Program-made: the position numbers and the translations under genes
Notes under the pieces: model-generated
What the model was told of the DNA's origin: nothing
Database searches by the model: none
Seen by the model: only the letters and a program-made list of their open reading frames with translations
In this document: piece after piece, positions 10,291 through 19,706 of the stretch
Numbering within the stretch: position 1 is the stretch's first letter
How the letters are laid out: each line of letters starts with the position of its first letter
Assembly (NCBI GenBank): GCA_937862805.1
Contig: CALMDO010000235.1
Coordinates: 1 to 55,745 of the forward strand
DNA: 55,745 nucleotides
Origin: an uncultured Bacteroidota bacterium
GTDB lineage: Bacteria; Bacteroidota; Bacteroidia; Bacteroidales; FEN-979
Reading direction: 5' to 3'

Positions 10291-11547
10291 TCAGGCAGAA
10301 GGAGTAGAAATGAATTCCCCTTTGCGCCTGAAATGGAACAAGAATGCGAAAATAACGATTAAATAGGTAATAACGGAAACCAGAGAAACCAGTGCTGCAG
10401 CAGGATACCCGAAACGTGGAACCAGCAGAAGGTTCCCGACGCCGTTCACGGCCAATGCAACGAAAATCGCTACCAACATAAAGCCGGGTTTCAGCAATAA
10501 TTCCAACGGTTTATGGACTAATAACGCTGCCTGCCATAGAAAAGCGGAAAGCAGGAGAGTCACAGAAACCTGCCAGGGATTTTTTACAGCCAGGTGAAGG
10601 ATATGGGTGTAGATTATATCGTTGAATAATAAAAAAATAACCATGATGATGAAAGTGATGGCAAGGCAGTAACGCAACCCTTCACGGATCAGCTGCAAGG
10701 CCTCTTTTCGCTGGTCACGGTTCCATTGTTCCACAATGCGCGGGTGATAAGCCAGGAGTACAGGCAGTGTTGTAAAAGTGGAGATTTTAATGATCAGATC
10801 CTTGATGGCGGCATACGTCCCCGTACTTTCATAGCTGATAAACTCTTTGATGATGAAGCGGTCGCTGATATTCAACAGGTATGAAAGAAAAAGCCAGATA
10901 GTGACCGGAAAGCCAAATTGAAATACTTTCCGGGTAAAGACCCGATCTTGTTGAAACCGCAGGAAATGCGTTCCTCCCTTGTTGGTCGAATAGAGTGTTG
11001 TACGGAGAATTTCGTTGATGATCAGAGCTGCCAGCATGGCCACGAAAAGGACAATGAACCGGGAACGGTTGAAAACCAAAGCAAGAAGCAAAAACAGGAA
11101 TAAGAAAAACAAGCTGTATCCTCCTTCCAGCAAAGCATACTGCAAGGGCTTCTTTCGCGTCTGGTTCAAGGTGAGGTGAAAAAGCAGGAAATTATAGAAA
11201 AAGAGGTAAAGGGTAACGATACCTGTCTCCAGAGCCCGGAGGTGAAAATAGAAGATGCAAACCACACTCCCTGTCAGAATAGCTATAAAAGAGCTGACCA
11301 ACGTCAGGGAAAAAAAACGTTGGGAGATCAGCGTCTCTTCACCCGGGTAAGCGCTGAGGAAACGAAGGATGCCCTGCTGAATCCAGCCGATGGTCAGCGT
11401 GCTGAGGAGCATGGTAGCATAAAACACCAGCGAATATTTTCCATACTCCTCTTTCCCGATCAGCCTGACAGCCAATATAATGATGGCCAGGTTGACCACT
11501 GCCGGAATGGCTTTACCGGAAAAATAGATCAGGATATCTTTTCTCAT
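10291..11547 (-). CDS. wzx: Oligosaccharide flippase (Wzx/PST family)
   Basis: Polytopic; EEYGKY, LLNISDRFII, LVPRFGY.AAA motifs. Start taken at ATG 11547 (MRKDILIY) to avoid overlap with the upstream gene. Confidence 0.8.
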   Translation of the reverse strand: MRKDILIYFSGKAIPAVVNLAIIILAVRLIGKEEYGKYSLVFYATMLLSTLTIGWIQQGILRFLSAYPGEETLISQRFFSLTLVSSFIAILTGSVVCIFYFHLRALETGIVTLYLFFYNFLLFHLTLNQTRKKPLQYALLEGGYSLFFLFLFLLLALVFNRSRFIVLFVAMLAALIINEILRTTLYSTNKGGTHFLRFQQDRVFTRKVFQFGFPVTIWLFLSYLLNISDRFIIKEFISYESTGTYAAIKDLIIKISTFTTLPVLLAYHPRIVEQWNRDQRKEALQLIREGLRYCLAITFIIMVIFLLFNDIIYTHILHLAVKNPWQVSVTLLLSAFLWQAALLVHKPLELLLKPGFMLVAIFVALAVNGVGNLLLVPRFGYPAAALVSLVSVITYLIVIFAFLFHFRRKGEFISTPSA

Positions 11548-11569
11548 GACATTTGGTAAAGGTAATACG

Positions 11570-13645
11570 CTATCCTTTGAGAAGTCGGATGAACGCAATT
11601 TCTGTTCCCAGGAACAAAAGGGCCAACAGGAGAAAAATTTTCCAGACCGGCTGACCCTGTCGGATTTGTTCTATCTGGCGGGTCATGGGGGTTATTCCGG
11701 TTTTCAGCACATGCAGGTCGGTGGATTGAAGCCTGACGGTAAGGGTTTCCAATTCCTTGTTGCCAAAATAATTGAGATCCGATTCATTCCGGTCATAGTT
11801 AAATCCAAGTCCTTCCACAGCCGAATTCCCGCTGAAAAGGGTGTAATGCCCTTCTTCCCGTATTTGTCCCCGGGTAAAAATGGCTGTGCCTTGCGGGGAA
11901 TTCACAACCAGCGGGACCATTTCGAAATCGCTGTTGTTTTTCCTGATCCTGAAAAGGTTTTTTTCACTCCATGATCCGTTACCGGCTTCGATCCTTGCGT
12001 TACTACCGGCACAGGAAGCAATGGGTTGATGTCGGTTGCTCAGCAATGCGATCTTGTACAAGGTTGGCAGGAAAAGAAGATGGCGTGGAAAATTGCTCCA
12101 TGAATCGAGCAGCGGGACCGCAAAAATGTAGATCACCCCTTTGCCCAGAGGAGCTGTAACCAGGAAAGGGTCGTTGTTTTGAAGCCGCATCAGTATTTCC
12201 GCATTATTTAGCGAACGGGAGGAAAATACAAAGTGTTTTGTAACCTTGGGAAGATCGAGGTTATCGGGTAAAATAAAGGGTCCCTCATTTTTTTTCTCGA
12301 AGATATCATTGAACAGATCGCTTTCAACCTGCAGGGAGGCGACCCGCTGGGGGAGGGTATCGATATGGGAGAAACCTTGCATTTCAAAGGTGGTAAATAA
12401 AGGACGGTATGCTTCAACTGCCTTGTTATCAGGTGGGAATATCACCAGGCTGCCACCGTTTCTGACAAATCCGGCTATCTCCTGTATTAGTCCTGAAGCA
12501 AGCTCTTTCACTCCGTTCAGAATGAGAAGATTGGTGGAAGGAAGGGCGCCATAATCAAGCTGGCGGTAAACGCTTTCGCTGTACTGAAAAGCCGAATCCT
12601 GACCAAATACAGCATCGAGGTAATGGTCGGGAGGATTTCCCGAAATGGTCATAACGGCGATAGAGGGGGTGACCTGGTAAGCAAAGTAGTAATGATCATC
12701 GAAGATCACGGGATAATCGTTGATTTCGACCATCCCGTATTGAATGCCGGCGGGATTTTCGGTGTAGGACAGTATAATTTCTGTTGAAGAGCCGGCTGCC
12801 AAGGTCAGGCTGCCAATAGCTTTCCGGAGGGAATTGATGGTCAGTCGGACTGGAATTTTTTCCAGGGATTCAGAGCCGGCATTGGTTACACGAACTTTGA
12901 GCCGGGACGGTTGTCCGGGCTGATGAACCGGTGATTCGAACCATGCGGTATCAATGTACAGGTTGTCTTTTTTTTCGGGATGGAGTGGGACCAGGAACCA
13001 GGTGATGGTCGTGTCGGGCCGGGTGTTTCCCGGGTTCATGGTTGACTTCTGAAAATCGGAGATCAGGTAGGCATCCCGGTTTTCCAATTTGCTTTCAATG
13101 AGCAGATCGCTTTGCCTGGTGATTACTTCCTGTAAAGTCCGGGGAACGGGTGAAGGTTTGATTTCCTCCACCAATTTTAAAAAATCATCCCGGTTCACCA
13201 CGCGTTGGTGACGGCCTTCGAAGTCGTTGGTGAGCAACTGGAATCGGTCGGAGGGCGCATAAGCGGCTACGATCTCTCGGGCTCTGGTTTTGGCGACATC
13301 GATGAGTCGTCCATTGGTAGCCAGGGCTTCCATCGAAAAGGAGTTGTCGATGTAAACACTTACGGCAAAGGTTCCTTTCCTTTTAGCTTTGTTTTTATCA
13401 TAGGGGATAAAGGGTTGTGCGAAGGCGATTACCAGTGAGATAATAGCCAGGATACGGGCCAGGAGGATCAGCAATTGCCGGAGTTGGGCATTTTTTTTTG
13501 TTTCCTGTTCAATTTGCTGAAGGAATCTGACATTGGTGAAATAGACTTTTTTAAATCTCCTGAAATTAAACAGGTGGATGATCACCGGGATGGTGATGGC
13601 GACCAAGGCTATCAGAAAGAGCGGGTGGACAAATTGCATGGTCAA
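11570..13645 (-). CDS. BatA N-terminal/vWA domain membrane protein
   Basis: F..P.FL...IPVIIHLF BatA N-terminus; DNSFSM MIDAS-like motif; ISDFQ; C-terminal TM anchor. Start may be ATG 13639. Confidence 0.85.
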   Translation of the reverse strand: MTMQFVHPLFLIALVAITIPVIIHLFNFRRFKKVYFTNVRFLQQIEQETKKNAQLRQLLILLARILAIISLVIAFAQPFIPYDKNKAKRKGTFAVSVYIDNSFSMEALATNGRLIDVAKTRAREIVAAYAPSDRFQLLTNDFEGRHQRVVNRDDFLKLVEEIKPSPVPRTLQEVITRQSDLLIESKLENRDAYLISDFQKSTMNPGNTRPDTTITWFLVPLHPEKKDNLYIDTAWFESPVHQPGQPSRLKVRVTNAGSESLEKIPVRLTINSLRKAIGSLTLAAGSSTEIILSYTENPAGIQYGMVEINDYPVIFDDHYYFAYQVTPSIAVMTISGNPPDHYLDAVFGQDSAFQYSESVYRQLDYGALPSTNLLILNGVKELASGLIQEIAGFVRNGGSLVIFPPDNKAVEAYRPLFTTFEMQGFSHIDTLPQRVASLQVESDLFNDIFEKKNEGPFILPDNLDLPKVTKHFVFSSRSLNNAEILMRLQNNDPFLVTAPLGKGVIYIFAVPLLDSWSNFPRHLLFLPTLYKIALLSNRHQPIASCAGSNARIEAGNGSWSEKNLFRIRKNNSDFEMVPLVVNSPQGTAIFTRGQIREEGHYTLFSGNSAVEGLGFNYDRNESDLNYFGNKELETLTVRLQSTDLHVLKTGITPMTRQIEQIRQGQPVWKIFLLLALLFLGTEIAFIRLLKG

Positions 13646-13651
13646 AAATAC

Positions 13652-13681
13652 AAAAAAATCCCGGCCATAAGCCGGGATTTT
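13652..13681 (-). terminator. Intrinsic terminator of gdhA
   Basis: AAAATCCCGGC-cataa-GCCGGGATTTT hairpin followed by a U-run on the minus strand. Confidence 0.8.
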
Positions 13682-13708
13682 CGTTCATTATACTGGTGTC
13701 AGGGGAGA

Positions 13709-15052
<1,344 letters not shown>

Positions 15053-15125
15053 TCAGTTTTAGGTGTTTATATACCAGAAAAATTTAATCGTTACAATGAT
15101 AACACTGTGAAATAAATAACAAATG

Positions 15126-15157
15126 CAAAATTAAACAGTTCCTGATGATTAACCAAA
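15126..15157 (-). promoter_or_regulatory. Bacteroidota primary-sigma promoter of gdhA
   Basis: Minus strand TTTG-N20-TAATTTTG matches the -33/-7 consensus TTTG/TAnnTTTG. Confidence 0.75.
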
Positions 15158-15207
15158 CAAAAGAGGGTAATTTTTTTCAAACAAACCTTCAACCGTAAAA
15201 CACGGGA

Positions 15208-15852
15208 TCAGGGACTGACTTTTTCAATCAATCGGCCTTCCTGGTACCGGTTTACATAGTCGATCGTCCCATCAGTTTTGTAGAAGATTTCCTCTCCGTG
15301 TTTCACATTATTACTGTAAGCGGTTGATTGTTTGACTTTCCCGTTTTCATAATAGGCTTTTTGAATGCCTTTTCCGCCGGTGAACCGTCCCTCCCCGATA
15401 ATGTTACCATCGGCATCGTAATACAACCAGATTCCTTCATAGTTCCCTCGGAGGTAATTCCCTTCTGTCCGGATCTGGTGGTTGGAATAGTATTCTACAA
15501 AACGACCGGATAAAAGCCCCTCCCGATACTGCGATTGAGTAATCAGGTTCCCTGTCAAATCCCGTGTGATCGCCATCCCTTGCAGTTTACCTTTGACGTA
15601 TTGCTGCTCTTCGTGGAGGGCGCCCGAGGTATAATACCTTCGCAGGGTGCCTTCCAGCAGGTTGTTTTGGTAAGTACATTCCATCTGAAGCGTTCCGCTC
15701 TCAAACCAGTAACGGGCAGGACCTTCATATTTGTCACCCTTTAGCGTGACCTCTGAACGCTTGTTACCATTGGGCCACTTTTCAGTGCGGGTATGGGAAC
15801 ATCCCCATAAAAAAAGCAACAACAGGAGACCCGGCAGGAGGCAGTTTTTCAT
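15208..15852 (-). CDS. MORN-variant repeat (YwqK-like) lipoprotein
   Basis: Lipobox LWGC; repeated G....YY..G....E..Y..G units. Confidence 0.85.
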   Translation of the reverse strand: MKNCLLPGLLLLLFLWGCSHTRTEKWPNGNKRSEVTLKGDKYEGPARYWFESGTLQMECTYQNNLLEGTLRRYYTSGALHEEQQYVKGKLQGMAITRDLTGNLITQSQYREGLLSGRFVEYYSNHQIRTEGNYLRGNYEGIWLYYDADGNIIGEGRFTGGKGIQKAYYENGKVKQSTAYSNNVKHGEEIFYKTDGTIDYVNRYQEGRLIEKVSP

Positions 15853-16508
15853 TGTTGCGATTGATTAAAATAGACGATGGTGCCCTCAACGCCAATGATG
15901 ATCATTTGAACCGCAATGACGGCCAGAATCAGTCCCATAATACGGGAAACAACCTTGAGCATTTCGTTGCTGATTTTCTCTGCGATGACCCGTGAAGAGA
16001 TGAACAGGAGATAGGTGATCAGGCACATGATAGCGAAAATACCGATCACCAGCAACACGTTGGTTATTGATTTTTCGGCTCCTACGAAGTTCATTGCCGT
16101 CGAAATGGTACCGGGACCCGCAAGGAGGGGGATGCCCAGGGGTGAAATAGCCATCTGGCGCGCGATCATTGTCATCTGTTCTTCTTCATGGGGCGCTTGG
16201 GAATGAATGGTATTTTCTTTTGCCGTCAGCATCTGGTACCCGATGATGAAAACGATAATCCCTCCGGCAATCTGAAAAGCCGGCAAGGTAATACCGAACA
16301 GCCGGAAAATGATATGTCCGAAGATGGAAAAGAAAGCAATGATGACAAAGGCAGCAAAGGTGGCACGGGCTGCGACCTGGTTTTGGGTCTTTTTATCAAA
16401 ATCCTGCACCATTCCCAAAAAAACCGGGATGTTCCCGATGGGGTTCAGCATGGCGAAAAAACCCATGAAGACCGTGATCCCATGGAGGTAAAGGTCATAG
16501 AATTTCAT
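15849..16508 (-). CDS. MarC family membrane protein
   Basis: NPIGNIPVF, FQIAGG, PLGIPLLAGPGTI, RIMGLIL motifs. Confidence 0.92.
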   Translation of the reverse strand: MKFYDLYLHGITVFMGFFAMLNPIGNIPVFLGMVQDFDKKTQNQVAARATFAAFVIIAFFSIFGHIIFRLFGITLPAFQIAGGIIVFIIGYQMLTAKENTIHSQAPHEEEQMTMIARQMAISPLGIPLLAGPGTISTAMNFVGAEKSITNVLLVIGIFAIMCLITYLLFISSRVIAEKISNEMLKVVSRIMGLILAVIAVQMIIIGVEGTIVYFNQSQQ

Positions 16509-16533
16509 GAGGGATAAGTTTTATAGTAAAGTG

Positions 16534-16541
16534 CAAAAATA
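16534..16541 (-). promoter_or_regulatory. -7 promoter box upstream of marC-family gene
   Basis: TATTTTTG on the minus strand about 25 nt upstream of the ATG. Confidence 0.55.
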
Positions 16542-16545
16542 TATA

Positions 16546-17262
16546 TTAAAAGGAATGGTACTCACAGGTCAGTTCAAGATATTCTGACGAATACCGGCCA
16601 TCGGCATCTAACAGGGTGAGTAAAGTGGTGTCAGGTACAACTGGTTGGTTAAAGCCGAATTCCATCAGGCTGCGAAAAGGAGACTTTCCGGGTTTGGATG
16701 TCACCGTCAGACTGCGATGAAGGTAAAGCCCGTGACCGGTGGCCAGGTTGATGCAGGAAGTCGTCTGGTCGAAAGGCACGATGAGCGCCATCCTCCCGGT
16801 GATATGAAGCAAAGTGGTGCCTGCCTGAAACAAATCGCTCAGGGGAAGGCTTTGTTGATGGCGGGCGAGGTTTTTCCGCTGCTTCGGTGATGGGAGATCT
16901 CTGTCGAAAAAGGGAGGGTTGGAGAAGATGTAACCATAATGATCCGGCCTTTTTTTTGCGAAATCCTGAACCTTTTCCCTGAACACCTGGATCCGGTGTT
17001 TCCACGGACTGTGATTGAAATTTTCAACTGCTTCGGTACAGGAGTCCTCATCGGGTTCAACAGCATGAACCAGGGTGTACGATTTCTGTGCCATCATCAA
17101 TGCCAGCACACCGCATCCGGTACCGATATCTAGTATGGGTAGAGGATCTGGAAGGTCACTTCCGGCCCATGAGCCAAGCAACATTGCATCGGTTCCGACC
17201 CGCATGGTACTACGGGTATCTTTAACAGTAAATTGTCCGAAACGGAAGTGGATATTACCCAC
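16546..17262 (-). CDS. tRNA1(Val) adenine-37 N6-methyltransferase (YfiC/TrmN6 family)
   Basis: MRVGTDAMLLG, LDIGTGCG, SNPPFF, ARH motifs. Probable GTG start at 17262 overlaps the rimM stop (the track uses TTG 17274). Confidence 0.88.
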   Translation of the reverse strand: MGNIHFRFGQFTVKDTRSTMRVGTDAMLLGSWAGSDLPDPLPILDIGTGCGVLALMMAQKSYTLVHAVEPDEDSCTEAVENFNHSPWKHRIQVFREKVQDFAKKRPDHYGYIFSNPPFFDRDLPSPKQRKNLARHQQSLPLSDLFQAGTTLLHITGRMALIVPFDQTTSCINLATGHGLYLHRSLTVTSKPGKSPFRSLMEFGFNQPVVPDTTLLTLLDADGRYSSEYLELTCEYHSF

Positions 17263-17782
17263 GGTACAATTCAATCAGCCCTTCAGGGACGTTAAGCTCC
17301 AGAATCTTTTTTTTTCTGTTGACTTGCAGAATTATCTCATCCACCACCGGTACCAGAATCTCTTTGTCGTTATCCATGATCTGAAAGAGTGCCTGGTGAG
17401 GATATTCGAGGATATCTTTGAGCACACCCACCTCCCCATATTTTACATCGATCACCCTGAAACCACGGATTTCATGATAATAGAAACGTTTTCCTTTCAA
17501 CCTGGGGAGGGTGTCGACCGGGAGGTACATCTCCAATCCCTGAAAGGGGATGGCATCTTCCGGTGTTGTGATATCTTTGAAGCGAACCAAGACTTTCCCG
17601 GGCGATCTCAGTTCCAGTGTTTCAATAAAAAAAGGAATCCGTTCACCATGAAGATCAAGGAAAACGGATTCCAGATTTTGATAAGCTGTCGGATCATCCA
17701 CCTCCAGGCGGATCATTAAAAAACCTTTATTACCATGTGGCTTTAAGATTTTTCCAAGGTAATAAAAATCGTCCTGACCCAT
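17255..17782 (-). CDS. rimM: Ribosome maturation factor RimM
   Basis: GKILKPHGNKG, FYYHEIRG, EILVP, VPEGLIELY motifs; downstream of rpsP. Confidence 0.95.
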   Translation of the reverse strand: MGQDDFYYLGKILKPHGNKGFLMIRLEVDDPTAYQNLESVFLDLHGERIPFFIETLELRSPGKVLVRFKDITTPEDAIPFQGLEMYLPVDTLPRLKGKRFYYHEIRGFRVIDVKYGEVGVLKDILEYPHQALFQIMDNDKEILVPVVDEIILQVNRKKKILELNVPEGLIELYRG

Positions 17783-17802
17783 GGTGACAGGGATAGGCGG
17801 GC

Positions 17803-18360
17803 TTATTCCTGAGTGGTCGTTTCTGCAGGGGCTTCGCCTTCTGCAGGAGGAGCTTCGGCCAGGGCTGCTTCAGCAGCCTGGGCAGCTTCATCCAGGCGGG
17901 CTTTGGCCAGTTTTTTCGCGATGGCTTCAGCTTTGGCCTCATTGACCTTTTTCTCTTCTTCCAGCGCTTTCTTACGAAGGTCTTTTTCACTGAGCTCCAA
18001 CGCTTTCTTCTTGCTTTCGAGTTTCAGGTTTTTCTCCTCTTTCCAGGCCTGGAATTTGGCTTCAGCCTGCTCTTCGGTCATGGCGCCTTTCTGAACTCCT
18101 TTCAACAGGTGGTTTTTGTACAAAACACCTTTGTAAGAGAGGAGGGCTTTAACGGTATCGGTAGGTTGAGCGCCTTTCTTCAGCCAATCGAGGGCTTTGT
18201 CGAAATTAAGCTCAATCTCTGCGGGTACACTGATGGGGTTATAGATGCCAATTTGTTCTATGAACTTTCCGTCTCGTGGTGCACGACCATCCGCAATAAC
18301 AATGTGGTAAAAAGCTTGTCCCTTTTTACCTCTTCTTTGTAATCTGATTTTAGTTGGCAT
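17803..18360 (-). CDS. rpsP: 30S ribosomal protein S16 with Bacteroidota C-terminal extension
   Basis: [29 protein letters not shown] motifs; Ala/Glu/Lys-rich tail. Confidence 0.97.
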   Translation of the reverse strand: MPTKIRLQRRGKKGQAFYHIVIADGRAPRDGKFIEQIGIYNPISVPAEIELNFDKALDWLKKGAQPTDTVKALLSYKGVLYKNHLLKGVQKGAMTEEQAEAKFQAWKEEKNLKLESKKKALELSEKDLRKKALEEEKKVNEAKAEAIAKKLAKARLDEAAQAAEAALAEAPPAEGEAPAETTTQE

Positions 18361-18448
18361 TGTTGAATGAATTGTTTATAAAAAGGTATTGGATTTTAGG
18401 GGTGCAAATGTCGGGATTTTTTTTGAATTCACCAAACCCTGGGTTTTT

Positions 18449-19069
18449 CTATTTCCCAAACCGGATGTATTTGGCAATCGCGGTACCACAGAAGGAACAG
18501 CTGGCTTCCGGTTTGGCGACATCATAAGTATTCCCGCATTTGGGGCAAACCCAGTATAGGGTGGGCAATCCGTTCGTTTTTTTTGCTTGCATGGCGGTGA
18601 GTGCCCTCTGGTACATTACCATGTGTTTTTTTTCTGTTTCCATGGCCCAACGAAATGATTTCATGGCAGATATTTCATTTTCACCTTTGGCAGTGGCAAT
18701 GAAACCGGGATACATGGTGGTGATCTCATAACTCTCTCCTGATTTTGCATCGGCAAGGTTTTCGGCAGTGGTTTTCACCGTCAAAGCGGGCGTTGCGTCA
18801 CTCGGTTTTATACCCATGCCTTCCAGTACCTTCTTATGATTGGCGGCATGAATCGCTTCAGCGCGGGAGGCGGCTTCAAACAGGGTGGCAATGGGAACCA
18901 GCCCCTCTTTTTTAGCCTGCGCTGCATAAGCTGCATATTTCGCGGAAGCTTCGGATTCTCCTTCGTATGCTGCTTTCAGGTTTTCGGCTGTTTTTTTTGT
19001 CTGGCCAATGGCCGCCTGGCTCCAAAAAACCAAGAAAAGGAGGCAAAATGGGAAAATGATCTTTTTCAT
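18449..19069 (-). CDS. rbr: Rubrerythrin family protein with N-terminal Sec signal peptide
   Basis: NLKAAYEGES, EAIH, GESYE...MYP, EKKH diiron ligands; CPKC...CSFC rubredoxin domain; MKK-hydrophobic-AIG|Q leader. Confidence 0.88.
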   Translation of the reverse strand: MKKIIFPFCLLFLVFWSQAAIGQTKKTAENLKAAYEGESEASAKYAAYAAQAKKEGLVPIATLFEAASRAEAIHAANHKKVLEGMGIKPSDATPALTVKTTAENLADAKSGESYEITTMYPGFIATAKGENEISAMKSFRWAMETEKKHMVMYQRALTAMQAKKTNGLPTLYWVCPKCGNTYDVAKPEASCSFCGTAIAKYIRFGK

Positions 19070-19115
19070 GACTTGTTATTTTTTTTGAAAAGGATAGTTT
19101 ACTGAGTTGTTTCCA

Positions 19116-19544
19116 TCAGAGCCCGATCATGTAATCGATGACCAGAGAACCGCCTAAATACCCGGTAACGGAAACAAAGACAAAGGCAATCATAAACAAA
19201 GCGAGAGATACATACTTCAGTGGCGATTGCTCTTTGTTCTGATAGTTCAGCAGGATCCTGAACAAGGTGGCAATAACAATGGTGATCAGGGTGATGGTGG
19301 CAAAAAACTCATGACGGTCGCGAAGTAAACCGGCTTCTCCCTCCATGGGATTGGTGAAAAAATAGCCTGTACCAAAGGCAAGCAGGGTGGTGATCATGCC
19401 TGTAACTTCGAGCCAGTAGCCCATCTTTGTAAGGCATTGCTCTTTTTTGTAGAACACTGAAATCAGGTCCGTAAGAAAGCCGATGGTCAGCAGGGCGATC
19501 GGGAAGTGGACCATCATTGGGTGAAAGTGGCCGGGTGTAAACAT
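19116..19544 (-). CDS. DUF2231 family membrane protein
   Basis: HPMMVHFPIAL, TG, H(EFF), TGYLGGSLV motifs; 4 TM. Start ATG 19544 lies just downstream of a promoter box. Confidence 0.85.
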   Translation of the reverse strand: MFTPGHFHPMMVHFPIALLTIGFLTDLISVFYKKEQCLTKMGYWLEVTGMITTLLAFGTGYFFTNPMEGEAGLLRDRHEFFATITLITIVIATLFRILLNYQNKEQSPLKYVSLALFMIAFVFVSVTGYLGGSLVIDYMIGL

Positions 19545-19557
19545 CTTTTTTTTCTTA

Positions 19558-19565
19558 CAAATATA
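19558..19565 (-). promoter_or_regulatory. -7 promoter box for DUF2231-rbr
   Basis: TATATTTG on the minus strand, 13 nt upstream of ATG 19544. Confidence 0.6.
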
Positions 19566-19706
19566 AAAAACAAGAGTCAATTATCAAAATTCGTGTTTCA
19601 CGGATCACAGGGAGGCTTCAGCCGGCAATTTTATCAACAATGGCTTTTCGTAGGGTAAATTCCGGTAATTTAGCGCCTGATTCTGTATCTTTTTTCCCCT
19701 GGTTAA

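Noticed and set aside
15208-15852. YwqK-like protein as an antitoxin of a toxin-antitoxin system
   Set aside because: It is a MORN-repeat lipoprotein with no adjacent toxin; the label would be an annotation artefact.
16546-18360. rpsP-rimM followed by a YfiC-type methylase rather than trmD; long S16 tail
   Set aside because: Consistent with the usual Bacteroidota arrangement as I recall it; not novel.
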